A stretch of 39,682 nt of DNA from Octopus bimaculoides (lineage: Eukaryota), in assembly GCF_001194135.2 (NCBI RefSeq), contig NC_068984.1:28235754-28275435 (forward strand). Direction: 5' to 3'. A program made the position numbers and the translations under genes. Positions 38,340 to 39,682 of the stretch are shown here, one piece after another (positions within the stretch are counted from its first letter, which is position 1; the number at the start of each line of letters is the position of its first letter). The notes beneath the pieces are model-generated. The model saw only the letters and a program-made list of their open reading frames with translations. It was not told the origin of the DNA and ran no database searches.

Positions 38340-38690
38340 AGCTTGTCAAGACTCTCTAGCACCTTCTGTGTTATGCTGCTTACATACAATCAGCCAAACT
38401 CATGTTTCCAGACTATTCCTTGATGTTCTCAGCCCACAAATATCTTCAAAAGCATCCTTCTCTCTTCCTCTTTATACTTCCTGTCAGGATGATCTTCAGT
38501 GTCTAAATTACGATAGTTTTGTAGCATTGATTCTTAACAATAGGCATTTATAAATCTTCAGCTTTTCAAATTCTACAACACTTGTTACTCTATCTTTCCA
38601 TCTTCTCCTGCCCCAATCTGTGAAAGACCCACATCACGAAGGCTTGTCTTTTCCATTATCCAAGTTTCTATCTTATAGAGGACAATTGTT
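38340..38690 (-). mobile_element. RTE-clade LINE 3' fragment
   Basis: Minus-strand ETW, RWKDRVT, ILTGSIKRKRR and WAENIKE*SG match the RTE C-terminal pattern (W.DRVTN, ILQG...GKR.RGR, W.DNIKEWTG). Confidence 0.65.
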
Positions 38691-38920
38691 ATAATATAAC
38701 AATTTACTGCCTCAATTTTAGGTGCACAGTTATGCCTTCTGAGATGAAGAAAATTTTCATTCTTATAAATGGTATTCTGGCCTTATTCATCCCCAAGTAA
38801 CTTCTAGACAGCAGCCCATTTGATTTTCATTATTTTTACTAAATACCTGACATTTTTATTTATTTATTCAAGCTTCTGTCCACATATTTTTATTTGCTTA
38901 TCTTAGTCCTGTCTTATTAC

Positions 38921-38979
<59 letters not shown>

Positions 38980-39104
38980 GTGTAGACAATATGTATTGGA
39001 ACACTGAAATTATTAAGAGTCATTTAGAATGATATATTTGAAAAGATAGCATGTGACGTCCAATTCCATGGTAATTCGAAAATAATTTTTATTTTAAATT
39101 ATTT

Positions 39105-39340
39105 CACATATATTGGATGACTTGACAGGAATTGGCAAGGCCAGGGACAACATCAGGTTCTATAGTCTGTTTTGGTTTGGTTTCTATGGCTGGATGACCT
39201 TCCTAATGCCAACCACTATACAGAGTGTACTGAGTGCTTTTTTATGTGACACCTTGGTTTTAGGATCTCTCTTCTATTTTGCTGGGCAGGTCTTCTTCTG
39301 TACAACAGTGTGCCACATATCTTCGTCGTCTGTCATCTTG
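39105..39340 (-). mobile_element. Older SINE family C copy
   Basis: ggctggatgaccttcctaatgccaaccac matches the family C core, degenerate. Confidence 0.65.
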
Positions 39341-39359
39341 ATGATATAAATACATATAT

Positions 39360-39682
39360 CATCATCATCATCATCGTCGTTTAACGTCCGCTTTCCATGC
39401 TAGCATGGGTTGGACGATTTGACTGAGGACTGGTGCAACCGGATGGCTACACCAGGCTCCAATCTAATTTGGCAGAGTTTCTACAGCTGGATGCCCTTCC
39501 TAACGCCAACCACTCAGAGAGTTTAGTGGGTGCTTTTACGTGTCACCCGCACGAAAACGGCCACGCTCGAAATGGTGTCTTTTATGTGCCACCCGCACAA
39601 GAGCCAGTCCAGGGGCACTGGCAACGATCTCGCTCGAAAACCCTACAAGGCCAGTCAGGCGGTACTGGCAACGGTCACGCTC
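39360..39682 (-). mobile_element. SINE family C, young copy, running off the window end
   Basis: About 99% identical to 4119-4381 over 263 bp. Confidence 0.9.

Noticed and set aside
38722-38796. In-frame TGA as selenocysteine (VHSYAF*DEENF...)
   Set aside because: No recognised selenoprotein homology or SECIS, and another frame is fully open.

Overview
AT-rich, repeat-dense eukaryotic genomic DNA from a gapped draft assembly, with 7 N-gaps mostly flanked by microsatellites. The SINE families and microsatellite style point to an octopus (coleoid cephalopod) genome; this is inferred, not proven. No intact protein-coding gene can be identified, and almost all ORFs in the supplied track are microsatellite or gap artefacts. 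Recognisable content: four SINE families in many copies; a decayed R4/Dong-type LINE split by nested insertions (~2.5-6.8 kb); RTE LINE relics; a dead Tc1-family DD37E-type transposon with long IR/DR ends; two Helitron-like fragments; and a 236-bp foldback. A CpG-rich core (~9.8-24.5 kb) sits between CpG-depleted flanks that hold a few candidate spliced exons of unidentified gene(s). The best candidate for novel biology is 24323-24763: one insertion with a 14-bp TSD, made of two inverted arms that each carry a damaged Penelope-type minimal hammerhead ribozyme motif, around a tRNA-like head. The second is a templated insertion of local DNA inside a SINE tail at 26398-26762. All alignments, counts and family assignments were done by eye or from memory of consensus motifs and need database confirmation.
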